A model generated the notes under the pieces. It had not been told where the DNA came from. It did not search any database and saw only the letters and a list, made by a program, of their open reading frames with translations. The translations under genes were made by a program, and so were the position numbers. This document shows positions 29,824 through 40,037 of a stretch of DNA of 64,000 nucleotides, piece by piece. The first letter of the stretch is position 1, and each line of letters opens with the position of its first letter. Source of the stretch: Spirochaetia bacterium (GTDB lineage Bacteria > Spirochaetota > Spirochaetia > CADAEX01); NCBI GenBank assembly GCA_963662265.2, contig CAXXHA010000014.1, positions 21,756 through 85,755 on the forward strand, given 5' to 3'.

Positions 29824-30837
29824 TCAGCTGTAGCAGATTATATTCTCAGGACCTACATAAAAGCTGATTTCCTTTTTATCTGCAGTACAGAAGGGATAGT
29901 AGTCATAGAGTGTCAGAATGCTCTCGTTGTATTTAATATCTATTTTATAGAAGCTGCCGTAGAATGACCTTTTTACTATCCTTCCACTGAACATGTTTAA
30001 GCTGTTTTCTTCAGAATTATTTTCTTTAATAATTCTGCAGTGTTCAGGACGGAAGAACATCCATTTATAATTTTCAGTTTTTGCATTGTCTGTTTTTACG
30101 AAATCAATTTTCCTGTCAAAAGGAATGATATTTGAATCGCCGAGAAATCCTGCTGTAAACAGGGTAGACGGTTTGTAATAAAGATTCTCCGGTGTTCCTG
30201 TCTGCTCGGCCCTGCCGTTATTCATGACGCATATCCTGTCAGACAGTGTCATTGCCTCTTCCTGGTCATGTGTCACGTAAATTGTTGTGAGTCCTGTTGT
30301 ATCATGTATATCACGTATTTCCTTTCTCAGTGTATTTCGCAGTGCAACATCAAGCGCGCTTAACGGTTCATCAAGCAGTATGATATCAGGTTCCACTGCA
30401 ATTGCTCTTGCGAGTGAAACCCTCTGCTTTTCTCCGCCTGAAAGGGAATCTGTTTTTCTTGAAGAAAAGTTTTCCATGTTTATTACAGAAAGAAGATTTT
30501 CAACCTTTTTCCGGATCCTTTCAGATTTCCATTTTTTCGATTCCGGGCCGAATGATATGTTTTTATAAACATTCCTGTTGGGAAAAAGGGCAAAGTTCTG
30601 GAATACAATTGAAATATTCCTGTCCTTCGGCTCAAAAGATGTAATATTTTCACTGTTCAGAATCAGATTTCCTGTATCAGGCTTTATAAAACCTGCAATA
30701 ATTCTAAGAAGTGTTGTTTTTCCGCAACCTGATGGCCCGAGAAGTGTAAAAAACTCACCCTTTTTGATTTTGAAATCAACAGAAATATCAAAGTTATCAT
30801 ATTTTTTCCTGATTTTATTAAGTTCCAGATATTCCAT
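29824..30837 (-). CDS. thiQ: Thiamine ABC transporter ATP-binding subunit
   Basis: GPSGCGKT, LSGGEKQR, LLDEP, YVTHDQEEA; operon with thiB/thiP under a TPP riboswitch. Confidence 0.85.
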   Translation of the reverse strand: MEYLELNKIRKKYDNFDISVDFKIKKGEFFTLLGPSGCGKTTLLRIIAGFIKPDTGNLILNSENITSFEPKDRNISIVFQNFALFPNRNVYKNISFGPESKKWKSERIRKKVENLLSVINMENFSSRKTDSLSGGEKQRVSLARAIAVEPDIILLDEPLSALDVALRNTLRKEIRDIHDTTGLTTIYVTHDQEEAMTLSDRICVMNNGRAEQTGTPENLYYKPSTLFTAGFLGDSNIIPFDRKIDFVKTDNAKTENYKWMFFRPEHCRIIKENNSEENSLNMFSGRIVKRSFYGSFYKIDIKYNESILTLYDYYPFCTADKKEISFYVGPENIICYS

Positions 30838-30844
30838 TATTTCC

Positions 30845-32467
30845 TCACAGTTCAAAAGTACCGGCCCGGTCAAGGACCATGAATGATACAGCAGATGTTA
30901 CAATAAGTATTGTTCCCATGGCGCAGGCCTGGAAAAAATTATATGAACCTATAAGCCTGTAAATTGCAAGCGGTATTGTAATAAAATTATCAGGTGCCAC
31001 CATCAGGGTAGCGTTTATTTCCCCCATGGAAAGGGCAAAAGCAAGTACTGCGCCTGTGAAAAGGCCGTTTTTAACCATTGGAACCTCAATTTTGCAGAAG
31101 ATCCTCTTCCAGGAAGCTCCCAGGCTCATTGCGGATTCCATTATTGAACTGTCAATCCTGTCATAAAAAATTGTGATGCTCTTGAATACAAACGGCAGAA
31201 ATGAGAGAGTCTGTGCCGCCACGAGCGGTATCCATCCTGACTGCCTTATATGAAAGTCATTCATGAATTTAATATATGATAGAGTCAGGATAATCGAAGA
31301 TACGCCCAGGCTGAGGGTAAAGAAGAATTCTATGAAAATCTGTATCCCTTTCCTGCTTCCTGACGAATAGGAGGCAGCTGCAAGAGCCATCAGCACAGAA
31401 ACAACAGTATTTACAGATGCAAGCATGAGGCTGTTTCTAACAGGTATGAAACCAACTTCAGAAAAGCTCTTTTTATACCAGTGAAGCGAGAATACTGTAT
31501 CAGCGCCCCTTGATGTCTTGTATTTAAATGATTCGATAATTACAACTCCCATCGGAAGGATAATAACGATAAACAGTACTGCCAGGAATATGATCAGGAA
31601 TACAAGTGACATCTTTGAAACTTTTTTTTCTGTAAGAATCTCTGCATTGTTGACTGATACAGCGTGTGTGTTTTTTTTCTGGAAAAAAGTATATACAAGC
31701 AGGAAGAAAAGCGATACTGCTGACTGAACAACTGCAAGTGAACACGCGCCCGGTATGTTGAAATTTATACGCGCAAGCCTGTAAATTTCAACCTCGACAG
31801 TGCTGTTTTTAGGCCCGCCTCCGAGAACAAGAATAATCGAAAAACTCATGAAGCATAGGATAAATATCAGGGAAAATGATGCAAGGATGGAAGGCATAAG
31901 CTGGGGAAGGACTGCCTGTGTAAATACACGGACCTTACCCGCTCCCAGGCTTTTCGCCGCATCAATCAGGGATACAGATATTTTTTCCCAGGATGCTGAA
32001 ATAAGACGTACTGCCAGAGGAAAGTTGAAAAAGATATGGGCAAGTATGATTGCCTTGAAGCTGTATAGTATCCTCAAGGGAGGTTTATCCAGGTTGAAAA
32101 GGTCCATCAGTGTCCTGTTTATCAGTCCGTTGTTTCCGAAGAGAAGAACAAACCCCAGAACAACAAGAATCGGGGGGAGCACAAAGGGGACTGCTGTAAC
32201 TGCTTTTATCAGTTTTTTGAATCTGAAGCTGTAGTGAGAAAGAAAATATGCACCTGCGAGTGCAGGAAGTACAGAGTAGAGCGAGCTGAAAAAAGCCTGT
32301 TTAAAGGTGAAAATGAATAAATTGAAGTAGTAGGGCTTTGAAAGAAAATCCTTAAGATAATGGAGTGATATCCCCCCCCTGAACAGGTTTATCAGGGGGA
32401 GATAGAATGCCGGCAGAATAAAAAGAAACGGGATTATTTTGATGATTTCTGCCGGCTGTTTTTTCAA
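30845..32467 (-). CDS. thiP: Thiamine ABC transporter permease (duplicated)
   Basis: Two EAA-like loops (DAAKSLGA, ESAMSLGA), FTFKQA, AHIFFNFP. Confidence 0.88.
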   Translation of the reverse strand: MKKQPAEIIKIIPFLFILPAFYLPLINLFRGGISLHYLKDFLSKPYYFNLFIFTFKQAFFSSLYSVLPALAGAYFLSHYSFRFKKLIKAVTAVPFVLPPILVVLGFVLLFGNNGLINRTLMDLFNLDKPPLRILYSFKAIILAHIFFNFPLAVRLISASWEKISVSLIDAAKSLGAGKVRVFTQAVLPQLMPSILASFSLIFILCFMSFSIILVLGGGPKNSTVEVEIYRLARINFNIPGACSLAVVQSAVSLFFLLVYTFFQKKNTHAVSVNNAEILTEKKVSKMSLVFLIIFLAVLFIVIILPMGVVIIESFKYKTSRGADTVFSLHWYKKSFSEVGFIPVRNSLMLASVNTVVSVLMALAAASYSSGSRKGIQIFIEFFFTLSLGVSSIILTLSYIKFMNDFHIRQSGWIPLVAAQTLSFLPFVFKSITIFYDRIDSSIMESAMSLGASWKRIFCKIEVPMVKNGLFTGAVLAFALSMGEINATLMVAPDNFITIPLAIYRLIGSYNFFQACAMGTILIVTSAVSFMVLDRAGTFEL

Positions 32468-32473
32468 TACAGG

Positions 32474-33493
32474 TTACCTGTTGACTGTTCCCAGCCATTC
32501 TTCAGTCCATCTGTCAAGATTTTTACTGATTGTCTCAGATGGAAGGAGGAGATATTGTCCCGGTTTTTTGGCTGTACTGTATGATGATGGAAGTTCAACA
32601 TCTGTTACAGGAAACATCCAGTTTGTAAGGGGAAGTTCTTTCTGAAATTCTTCAGAAAGCATGAAATCCATGAAAAGCTGAGCCGATTTAAGGTTGCTGC
32701 AGTTCTTTACAATACCGGCACCTTCAATCTGCATGTAATTGCCTTTTTCAAATACTGTAGCCTTATACTGTTCTGTTTCCTCATATTCCTTGTGATATGC
32801 AGGACTTGTTGTATAGCTCAGTACCATGGGAGCCTCACCGTTTACAAACAGTCCGTAACCGGAATCCCATCCCTCAGTCACAGTAAGGATATTTTTATTC
32901 AGTTTTGCCCAGTAATCTGTGAAGTCATCGCCGAAAACCTTGACAGTCCAGAGTAGAAAACCGAGACCTGGACTTGAAGTACGCGGGTCCATGAGTATGA
33001 GAGATTTTTCATATTCAGGAGCAAGGAGATCTTCGAAAGTTTTAGGCGGATTTTTTATTTTTTCACTGTCGTATATTATTGAGAAGAAACCGTAATCATA
33101 TGGAGTCAGATGATTTGTCCTGTCAAAAAGCAGTGATGAATCAACTTTGCCCAGGTTTTCAGATTTGTAGGGCTGAAGAATATCTTCATCAATCGCTTTT
33201 GAAAGCATGTTGTTGTCAATACCGATCAGGATATCTGCAACAGGTGAATCTTTTTCAAGTATTGCTTTTGTCAGTACCTGTCCGGCATCTCCCGGTGATC
33301 TGAGGTCCACTTTAATTCCGTATTTTTCCTCGAATTTCGGAATTACAACAGGGCCCGGACCCCAGTCTGATACAAACGAATCATAGGCATAAATAACCAG
33401 TTTCTTTGTTTCTTCTGCTTCTGTTTCTTTTTTCTGGCATGATACAGAGAGTATCATCACAGCTGCTGCAAGCAGCAGTAAACATTTTTTCAT
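32474..33493 (-). CDS. thiB: Thiamine ABC transporter substrate-binding lipoprotein
   Basis: Lipobox SVSC; YDSFVSDWGPGP, DPRTSSPG, LSYTTSPAYH, NWMFP. Confidence 0.92.
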   Translation of the reverse strand: MKKCLLLLAAAVMILSVSCQKKETEAEETKKLVIYAYDSFVSDWGPGPVVIPKFEEKYGIKVDLRSPGDAGQVLTKAILEKDSPVADILIGIDNNMLSKAIDEDILQPYKSENLGKVDSSLLFDRTNHLTPYDYGFFSIIYDSEKIKNPPKTFEDLLAPEYEKSLILMDPRTSSPGLGFLLWTVKVFGDDFTDYWAKLNKNILTVTEGWDSGYGLFVNGEAPMVLSYTTSPAYHKEYEETEQYKATVFEKGNYMQIEGAGIVKNCSNLKSAQLFMDFMLSEEFQKELPLTNWMFPVTDVELPSSYSTAKKPGQYLLLPSETISKNLDRWTEEWLGTVNR

Positions 33494-33682
33494 TTTTTCT
33501 CCCTTGTGTTTCAGATATTCCTGTAAAAAGCTGATTTCAGAAAACAGGTTAAGAGCTAATTACCGGTATAATTCGGTAAATTTATCAGCTTAAACTGTTT
33601 GTCCTTTGTTCATGGTATGTTTTTCATGAACATTCTGCAGAAACATCTGTGAGTTTTGTTGTGTATGTTTGCGGGATAAAGA

Positions 33683-33762
33683 GTGTAGAATCCCTCCGCT
33701 GGCATTATCCAGTTCAGGTACATCGGGTATGATCTCAGGCATATATAGCCACCCCACACACA
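33683..33762 (-). ncRNA. TPP riboswitch
   Basis: Minus strand GGGGTGGC..GCCTGAGATCATACCCGATGTACCTGAACTGGATAATGCCAGCGGAGGGA matches the THI-box consensus; lies upstream of thiBPQ. Confidence 0.93.
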
Positions 33763-33828
33763 TAAAAATTGTCTTTATTGTATTCTGATAATTAAAATAG
33801 TCAACAGCAACAGAGGCTGTTTTTTCAA

Positions 33829-35004
33829 TTATGAAGCTGTTTTTGCTTCCATTTTTCTTTTAAGCATTATAACAAAAGGAAATCCTGCAAAAGATACAAT
33901 TCCTGATACAATGAATGCTGTCTGGAGGCCGAAACTGTCGGCTATGAAACCAGCCGCAGTAATTGCCAGAGTTATTGTAAGAAAGTCTGCTGTCATGAAT
34001 ATACTGCTGCATACAACAGGGTTGTCGCCGCTCTGCTCCTGGACATATGCAAGAAGTACCGGTGATGAAGCAAAAGCAGCAAAACCTGTTAATATGAGAA
34101 GAATAAATGATAAATATCCGCCTGAGAATGTAAATAAAAGCATGAGAAGCGGGGAAACTGCTGTTGAAATAAACAGTGTCCTGTTTCTTCCAATCCTGTC
34201 GGAAATATATCCTGAAAACATGACACCGGCAGCAGCTGAAAGCTGGAGCACTGAAAGGGATATGCCGGAAAACCACAGTCCAAGTCCCTTTGATGTAAGA
34301 TATGATGGAAGGTATGTATTTAAAACAGAAGCAATACTTGTCCTTGAAACAAGTATCATTGTAACGGCGGAAAAAAAGAATTTCATTTCCTTCAGTACTG
34401 TAAAAAATCCTTTTTCATTTGTTTTTTCGTTTGCCCTGTTATTTTTATCATTTTCCCTGTAAAACATGAAAATAATAAGAACTGAGTATATGACTGCACC
34501 GGGAATAAGGTAATAAACCCTTTCCTTTCCCCACAGTGAGATTGCGGCAAGAATTACAACAGGACCTGCGCTTCTGGCAAGTTCTCCTCCAAGCATATAG
34601 AAACTCATGCCTGTGCCTGTCATGGAACCTGAATGTTTTCTTATCATTACAGGGGAGGGAATATGGAAAAAGCAGGAACTTATTCCCATTGTCAGTATAA
34701 GAAGTGCCAGTACAGCGTATGACGGTGCTGATGTAATAAAGCACATGACAGTTGCACTTACAGTTATTGAAAGAGATATAATTAATGCAGGGTTTTTCCT
34801 TGAAGCTATATTACCTATAAAAGGATTTAAAAGAGATGGAAACCTGTGAAAAACAGACAGCAGTCCTGCCTGCGCATATGATATTCCCAGGCTGGAAATT
34901 ATCAGCGGAAGAACAGGCGCAAGAAAATTGCTGTAAAGATCATGAAAAAAATGTGCTCCTGAAAGAACTAAAACCGAACCTGGCAGGAATTTCTTTTTTG
35001 ACAT
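33829..35004 (-). CDS. MFS transporter (Fsr-like)
   Basis: 12 TM pattern; AHFFHDLY, FFHIP, GGELA, GYISDRIGR. Confidence 0.85.
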   Translation of the reverse strand: MSKKKFLPGSVLVLSGAHFFHDLYSNFLAPVLPLIISSLGISYAQAGLLSVFHRFPSLLNPFIGNIASRKNPALIISLSITVSATVMCFITSAPSYAVLALLILTMGISSCFFHIPSPVMIRKHSGSMTGTGMSFYMLGGELARSAGPVVILAAISLWGKERVYYLIPGAVIYSVLIIFMFYRENDKNNRANEKTNEKGFFTVLKEMKFFFSAVTMILVSRTSIASVLNTYLPSYLTSKGLGLWFSGISLSVLQLSAAAGVMFSGYISDRIGRNRTLFISTAVSPLLMLLFTFSGGYLSFILLILTGFAAFASSPVLLAYVQEQSGDNPVVCSSIFMTADFLTITLAITAAGFIADSFGLQTAFIVSGIVSFAGFPFVIMLKRKMEAKTAS

Positions 35005-35153
35005 AGTTGACGCTCCGCTGTTGTTTAAATATAAACCATTACTATTGTATAAACAAATAAACATTTATAATATTGTAACAGCTTGCGTCCTGTTGTGCAA
35101 TGTGTATTTTACACTTAAGTTCAAATTAAAGCGTGTTGAGGAGTTTATGGAAA

Positions 35154-35990
35154 TTAATTTCCTTCAGATGCATTATCCTTGAACCATTCATAAAGAGCTT
35201 CAACCCTGCTGTGAATTGAATTTCTTATTTTCTTTCTGAGAAACCCCGCATTTACATGGCTGCACATGCCTGAACAGTATACTGCAAGTTCATCTCCGTC
35301 TGCCATTATTATGAGATAGAATGTCAGATCTTCTCTGTCAATGACTGGTATTATGCCGTATCTCATATCATCGATGTTTGTCATTTTCATGATAAGGTAA
35401 TTATCAGAAACAGTATAATCCATTTTGTAGTAGTTCCTGCCGAAAGAAAGATCCTTTATATAGCTGTTGAAGCTGTAGTGTCTTATATTTTCATTGAATA
35501 AAGGTGTTTCAGCCGGTTTTTTCCTGCTTGTTCCAACCACGGGGTAGGCTTCCTCGAAAAGCAGACGGTATCTTTCCCTTGAATGTGAATAATACTGTAT
35601 TCCTTCGAGCGATTTTATATTGGTAAGTATTTTGAAATATTCTTCAATGCTTTTTAAATATTTCTTTTCTCTGTGTAGGAAAATTGTCTCAATTCCTGTG
35701 TTGAAGCTGTTTTCATTGATCTCTTCATTTAATTCAGATCTTTCCCTGACATCGGGTAGATATATGGGGGGCTGCCCTTTTTCAAGAAAAAGGGTGAGTT
35801 TGCCCTCTTTTTCAAGTTTTAAAAGATCAGATTCTGATACAGAAGAAAAATAATCATCTGTGATTTTATTATCATCAATATTACGGCCTTTTATTTCCTG
35901 AACCGAGATATTTTCTGTCTCCCCGTAAATACAGAACAGCGGGGATAAAAATAATAAAAGTGTTAAGATTGAAATTAAATGTTTTCTCAT
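35154..35990 (-). CDS. Exported hypothetical protein
   Basis: 278-aa ORF with signal peptide; conserved-looking 'L.GI.YYS.SR...LF' and 'D.SFG.N.Y' segments; function not recognised. Confidence 0.6.
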   Translation of the reverse strand: MRKHLISILTLLLFLSPLFCIYGETENISVQEIKGRNIDDNKITDDYFSSVSESDLLKLEKEGKLTLFLEKGQPPIYLPDVRERSELNEEINENSFNTGIETIFLHREKKYLKSIEEYFKILTNIKSLEGIQYYSHSRERYRLLFEEAYPVVGTSRKKPAETPLFNENIRHYSFNSYIKDLSFGRNYYKMDYTVSDNYLIMKMTNIDDMRYGIIPVIDREDLTFYLIIMADGDELAVYCSGMCSHVNAGFLRKKIRNSIHSRVEALYEWFKDNASEGN

Positions 35991-36036
35991 GGTATTCTGA
36001 ATTTATTTAAAACTGAAATAATGATCAAGAGGTTAT

Positions 36037-37146
36037 ATGAAAATAAAAATATGCTTTACCGGGGGGGGGACTGCAGGTCACGTGTTTCCCGGAATTTCCG
36101 TACTTGAAAAAATAGAAGAAAAAAGTAAAAAAGGTGATTTTGAAACTGATTATTTATGGATAGGTTCATCATCCGGAATGGAAAAAAGACTTCTGGCAGA
36201 TTCCGGCATAAAATATTATGGTATTCAGACAGGAAAACTGAGAAGATATTTTTCACTGCAGAATTTTACAGATCTTTTTAAAATAGCTGCAGGGCTTTTT
36301 CAGTCCTTTTTTATACTCCTGAAGGAAAAACCTGATATTGTCTTTTCAAAGGGGGGATATGTAAGTGTTCCCCCCGTGATTTCAGGCTGGATGCTGAGAA
36401 TCCCTGTTATTACACATGAATCAGATTATTCCCCGGGGCTTGCGACCAGAATAAACAGCAGATTCTCTGAAAAAATACTTATTTCGATTGATGATACTGA
36501 AAAATATTTTAAACCGGAGTATAAAAAGAAATTATCAGTTACCGGAAACCCTGTTAGAAAGAAGTTTTTCTCAGGTAATGCTGAAAAAGGAAAAGAGTAT
36601 TTCGGAATAAGTAATAATCTTCCGGTAATTCTTGTTCTTGGAGGAAGCCAGGGGGCATCAGAAATTAATACTCTTATACGTTCTATTCTTGATGAACTGA
36701 CTGAAAACTTCAATGTGATTCATCAATGCGGCGAAAAGGATTATATGTCTGATTTTGGTAAGGAAAATAAAAACTATTACCAGGTACCTTTTGTGAGGGA
36801 TGAGTTCCCCGATATTCTTGCCTCTGCAGACCTTGTTGTATCAAGGGGCGGGGCAGGTACTATCTGGGAACTTTCAGCTGCAGGCAAGGCTGCAGTGATA
36901 ATACCTCTGAGGGGAAGCGGGACCAGAGGGGACCAGGTTCTTAACTGCAGGTTTCTTAAAGAGATTGATGCAGCCTCTGTACTTGATGATAAAGTGATTT
37001 CAGAAGATATGCTTTATAACCAGATAAAATCGATCTTTGAAAACAGGGAAAAGATTGTAAAATACAGAGAAAATATAAAAGCAATAACAAAAAAAGACCC
37101 TGCAGAAAAAATATCTGATATTATTATAAAAAAATGCAGGCGGTAA
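36037..37146 (+). CDS. murG: Lipid II GlcNAc transferase
   Basis: TGGGTAGHVFP, SKGGYVS, HESD, TGNPVR, GGSQGA, SRGGAGT, DQ..N. Confidence 0.96.
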   Translation: MKIKICFTGGGTAGHVFPGISVLEKIEEKSKKGDFETDYLWIGSSSGMEKRLLADSGIKYYGIQTGKLRRYFSLQNFTDLFKIAAGLFQSFFILLKEKPDIVFSKGGYVSVPPVISGWMLRIPVITHESDYSPGLATRINSRFSEKILISIDDTEKYFKPEYKKKLSVTGNPVRKKFFSGNAEKGKEYFGISNNLPVILVLGGSQGASEINTLIRSILDELTENFNVIHQCGEKDYMSDFGKENKNYYQVPFVRDEFPDILASADLVVSRGGAGTIWELSAAGKAAVIIPLRGSGTRGDQVLNCRFLKEIDAASVLDDKVISEDMLYNQIKSIFENREKIVKYRENIKAITKKDPAEKISDIIIKKCRR

Positions 37147-37152
37147 ACTGAA

Positions 37153-37626
37153 TTGAACAGTATTAACATTGTTCCTATAGATATTATTTTTATTGTAATA
37201 ATAATCTTTTTCACAATCAGATGCATAATCAAGGGATTTGTAACTGAATTCCTTTCAATGGCAGCTGTTATAGGGGGAATAGGGGCAGGAATATTTTTTT
37301 CCGGAACTTTAAGCAGATATATTGATCTGTATATCGGAAAGTCGGGATGGAATTATCTGATTTCATTTCTGATTCTGTTTATTTTTGTGTATCTTATAAT
37401 CAAAATGATTGAAAAAATGCTGAGCCGTTTTATTGAAAGGGTTGAGCTTGAACAGCTGGATAGGGCGCTTGGACTGTTTCTCGGTATTGTTGAAGGGGCA
37501 GTTGTTGTGCTGGTCCTGATTCTGCTTATAAAGCTTCAGCCTGTTTTCCCATATGAGAAAATAGCGGAAAACAGCATTGCATTCAGTATTGCAGAAAAGA
37601 TATTTACATATTTACCCGATTTTTAA
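37153..37626 (+). CDS. cvpA: CvpA (colicin V production) family membrane protein
   Basis: KGFVTE, LDRALGLFLG motifs; 4 TM segments. Confidence 0.85.
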   Translation: MNSINIVPIDIIFIVIIIFFTIRCIIKGFVTEFLSMAAVIGGIGAGIFFSGTLSRYIDLYIGKSGWNYLISFLILFIFVYLIIKMIEKMLSRFIERVELEQLDRALGLFLGIVEGAVVVLVLILLIKLQPVFPYEKIAENSIAFSIAEKIFTYLPDF

Positions 37627-37638
37627 GAAGGATAACTG

Positions 37639-38841
37639 ATGTTTGAAAATATTATTGGACATGAAAGTACAGTAGAACAGATAAAAGATGAAATAATCAA
37701 TGACAGATTTCCCGGATCATCAGTAATCACTGGTCCTGTTTTTACCGGTAAACAGACTCTTGCTCTTGAAATTGCCCGTTCCCTTACATGCCTCAAAAAC
37801 GGGGACTGGGGATGCATGTGCGAATCATGCAGGCTTCAGAGGACACTCATTCATCCGGCAACACTACTGACAGGTTTTGACAGTTTTCTCCCTGAAATCA
37901 GAATGACTTCAGAGATCATGATCAAGAAAAAAGGGGAAACATTCAGCCGCTATCTTTTCATAAGAAGTGTGAGGAAACTTATAAAAAGATTTGACCCTGT
38001 TTTTACTGAAAGCAGCGATCAGAAAATAAAAAAAATAATTCCACTGATAAGGGAACTTGAAGATCTCTTATATATGATTTCACCTGAACAGGAAATACCT
38101 TTTGAAGAGTTATCAGCCAGGGCTGAAGAAATCAATGAAAAATGTTTGAAAATAACCAAAGAGATAAATATATCAGGCGTCTCAGTTGACCAGATAAGGA
38201 AGATTACTTTCTGGGTCCATACTACAGGGTATAAAGAGAAAAAGATAATAATAATAGAAAACTGTGAAAAAATGAATGAAAGCGCACGGAATGCAATTTT
38301 GAAGGTGCTTGAAGAACCTCCTGAAGGTGTCTATTTCATATTTCTGACATCCAGGTACGGCGAAATTATTCCAACTATAAGGTCCCGACTGAGGAGATAT
38401 GATCTTAAGGAAAGGTCATTTCAGGAAAGCCGTGATGTTATTGAGAAAATATTCAGGGAAAAACCAGGTATAGAGTTTTCACTGAATGATTTTTTTAATT
38501 CATGGTCTGCGGAACATGAGTTCATAAGGAAGTCGGCAAAGGAATTCATTATTGATATAATTGACAGTGATAAAAAAAGCCTGAATATAAATTCCGATTT
38601 AAAGAAAATACTTAAAACAGCAGGCTCTGATAACCTCAAGGTATTTTTTGAATCAGTTCTTGAACAGCTGAGGCTTCTTATCAGCAACAACGATTTTATG
38701 TCTTCATCTCCCGAAATGTATCTGAAGGTGAAAAAAATGTCAGAGCTTGTAAATTCCGGTTTCAGGAATAATGAAATACTGAATATGAATCCGGAATTAA
38801 TAATTGAAAACATTTTCATTAGGATGAGAAACAGGATATGA
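37639..38841 (+). CDS. holB: DNA polymerase III clamp-loader delta'-like subunit
   Basis: FENIIGH, zinc cluster C..(x)..C.CESC, NAILKVLEEPP, IIPTIRSR. Confidence 0.75.
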   Translation: MFENIIGHESTVEQIKDEIINDRFPGSSVITGPVFTGKQTLALEIARSLTCLKNGDWGCMCESCRLQRTLIHPATLLTGFDSFLPEIRMTSEIMIKKKGETFSRYLFIRSVRKLIKRFDPVFTESSDQKIKKIIPLIRELEDLLYMISPEQEIPFEELSARAEEINEKCLKITKEINISGVSVDQIRKITFWVHTTGYKEKKIIIIENCEKMNESARNAILKVLEEPPEGVYFIFLTSRYGEIIPTIRSRLRRYDLKERSFQESRDVIEKIFREKPGIEFSLNDFFNSWSAEHEFIRKSAKEFIIDIIDSDKKSLNINSDLKKILKTAGSDNLKVFFESVLEQLRLLISNNDFMSSSPEMYLKVKKMSELVNSGFRNNEILNMNPELIIENIFIRMRNRI

Positions 38842-40037
38842 GAAATTTTATAAAACGGGCTGTTGAAAGAATCTCCAAGCTTGATCAGAACCAGATATTA
38901 AATCTGATTACTATACTGACTGATGAAAATGAACTCCTGGAAATTGTTCTGGATTCAATGACAGACGGTGTTATTGTTTCTGACAAGGAGGAAAACCTAC
39001 TTTTTATCAACAAGGCTGCAAAAAGGCTTCTTCGAACACATTATCTCAATGAAAATGTTGAAAACAGCCTGTGGGATGCAGTCCCTGACAGGAAAATCAG
39101 GGAAATCCTTTCCGATTCCCTTAACAGCAATGATGATAAAACAGTGACAAACTATATAGACAACAATACCCAGGACTCAAAAATCCTTGAAATTACAACA
39201 GCTCCCCTTGTCAGGGAAAAATGCATTTACGGTAATATAATCATGATCAAGGATATTACTGAGAAGAAAATAAGGGAAACAAAGCTGAGAAGGGCTGAAA
39301 GCCTTGCTTCCCTTACAACACTTGCCGCAGGTGTTGCACATGAAATAAAGAACCCGCTGGGATCAATCAGTATTTATCTTCAGCTTATTGAAAAGCTTGT
39401 TTTAAAAAAAGAGGAAGATCCTGATACTGAGAAAATAATCGGGAATATTTCAGTTATCAATGAAGAGGTTGAACGGCTCAACAAGATAGTAGTTGATTTC
39501 CTGTTTGCTGTTAGGCCGATTAATCTTGATCTTGAATATAATAATCTTAATAAAATAGTGGATGAAACACTCGAGTTTATGAATGTGGAATTCGAGGAAG
39601 CGGGAATACAGGTTCATAAAAAACTGTCAGATGATGTTCCCGATATTCTACTTGACAGCAGGTTTGTCAAGCAGGCTATTATAAATCTCCTCAAAAACGC
39701 GGAAGCTGCAATGAAGGACAGAAAAGGGGTTCTGAAAATAACTACATCGGTTAAAGACAGCAATGTTATGCTGGAAATCAGGGATAACGGATGCGGTATT
39801 CCTGACAGAATCATAGGCAGAATTTTTGAACCTTATTTCACTACAAAGGAATTCGGATCAGGTATAGGACTTACTCTTGTCTACAAGATTATCAAAGAGC
39901 ATAAGGGTGATATCTCGATTGATTCTAAAGAGGGCAAGGGGACTTCATTTACATTGAGTTTTCCTGCACACAAGAAAGAGCAGAAATTATTAAGCTGGGA
40001 AGGGGGTAACAGTGGAATTTTCGATACTTGTTGCTGA
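38838..40037 (+). CDS. Cytoplasmic PAS sensor histidine kinase (Hk2-like)
   Basis: PAS region; H-box AGVAHEIKNPL; N-box NLLKNA; DNGCGI, FEPYFTTK, GIGL. Confidence 0.92.
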   Translation: MRNFIKRAVERISKLDQNQILNLITILTDENELLEIVLDSMTDGVIVSDKEENLLFINKAAKRLLRTHYLNENVENSLWDAVPDRKIREILSDSLNSNDDKTVTNYIDNNTQDSKILEITTAPLVREKCIYGNIIMIKDITEKKIRETKLRRAESLASLTTLAAGVAHEIKNPLGSISIYLQLIEKLVLKKEEDPDTEKIIGNISVINEEVERLNKIVVDFLFAVRPINLDLEYNNLNKIVDETLEFMNVEFEEAGIQVHKKLSDDVPDILLDSRFVKQAIINLLKNAEAAMKDRKGVLKITTSVKDSNVMLEIRDNGCGIPDRIIGRIFEPYFTTKEFGSGIGLTLVYKIIKEHKGDISIDSKEGKGTSFTLSFPAHKKEQKLLSWEGGNSGIFDTCC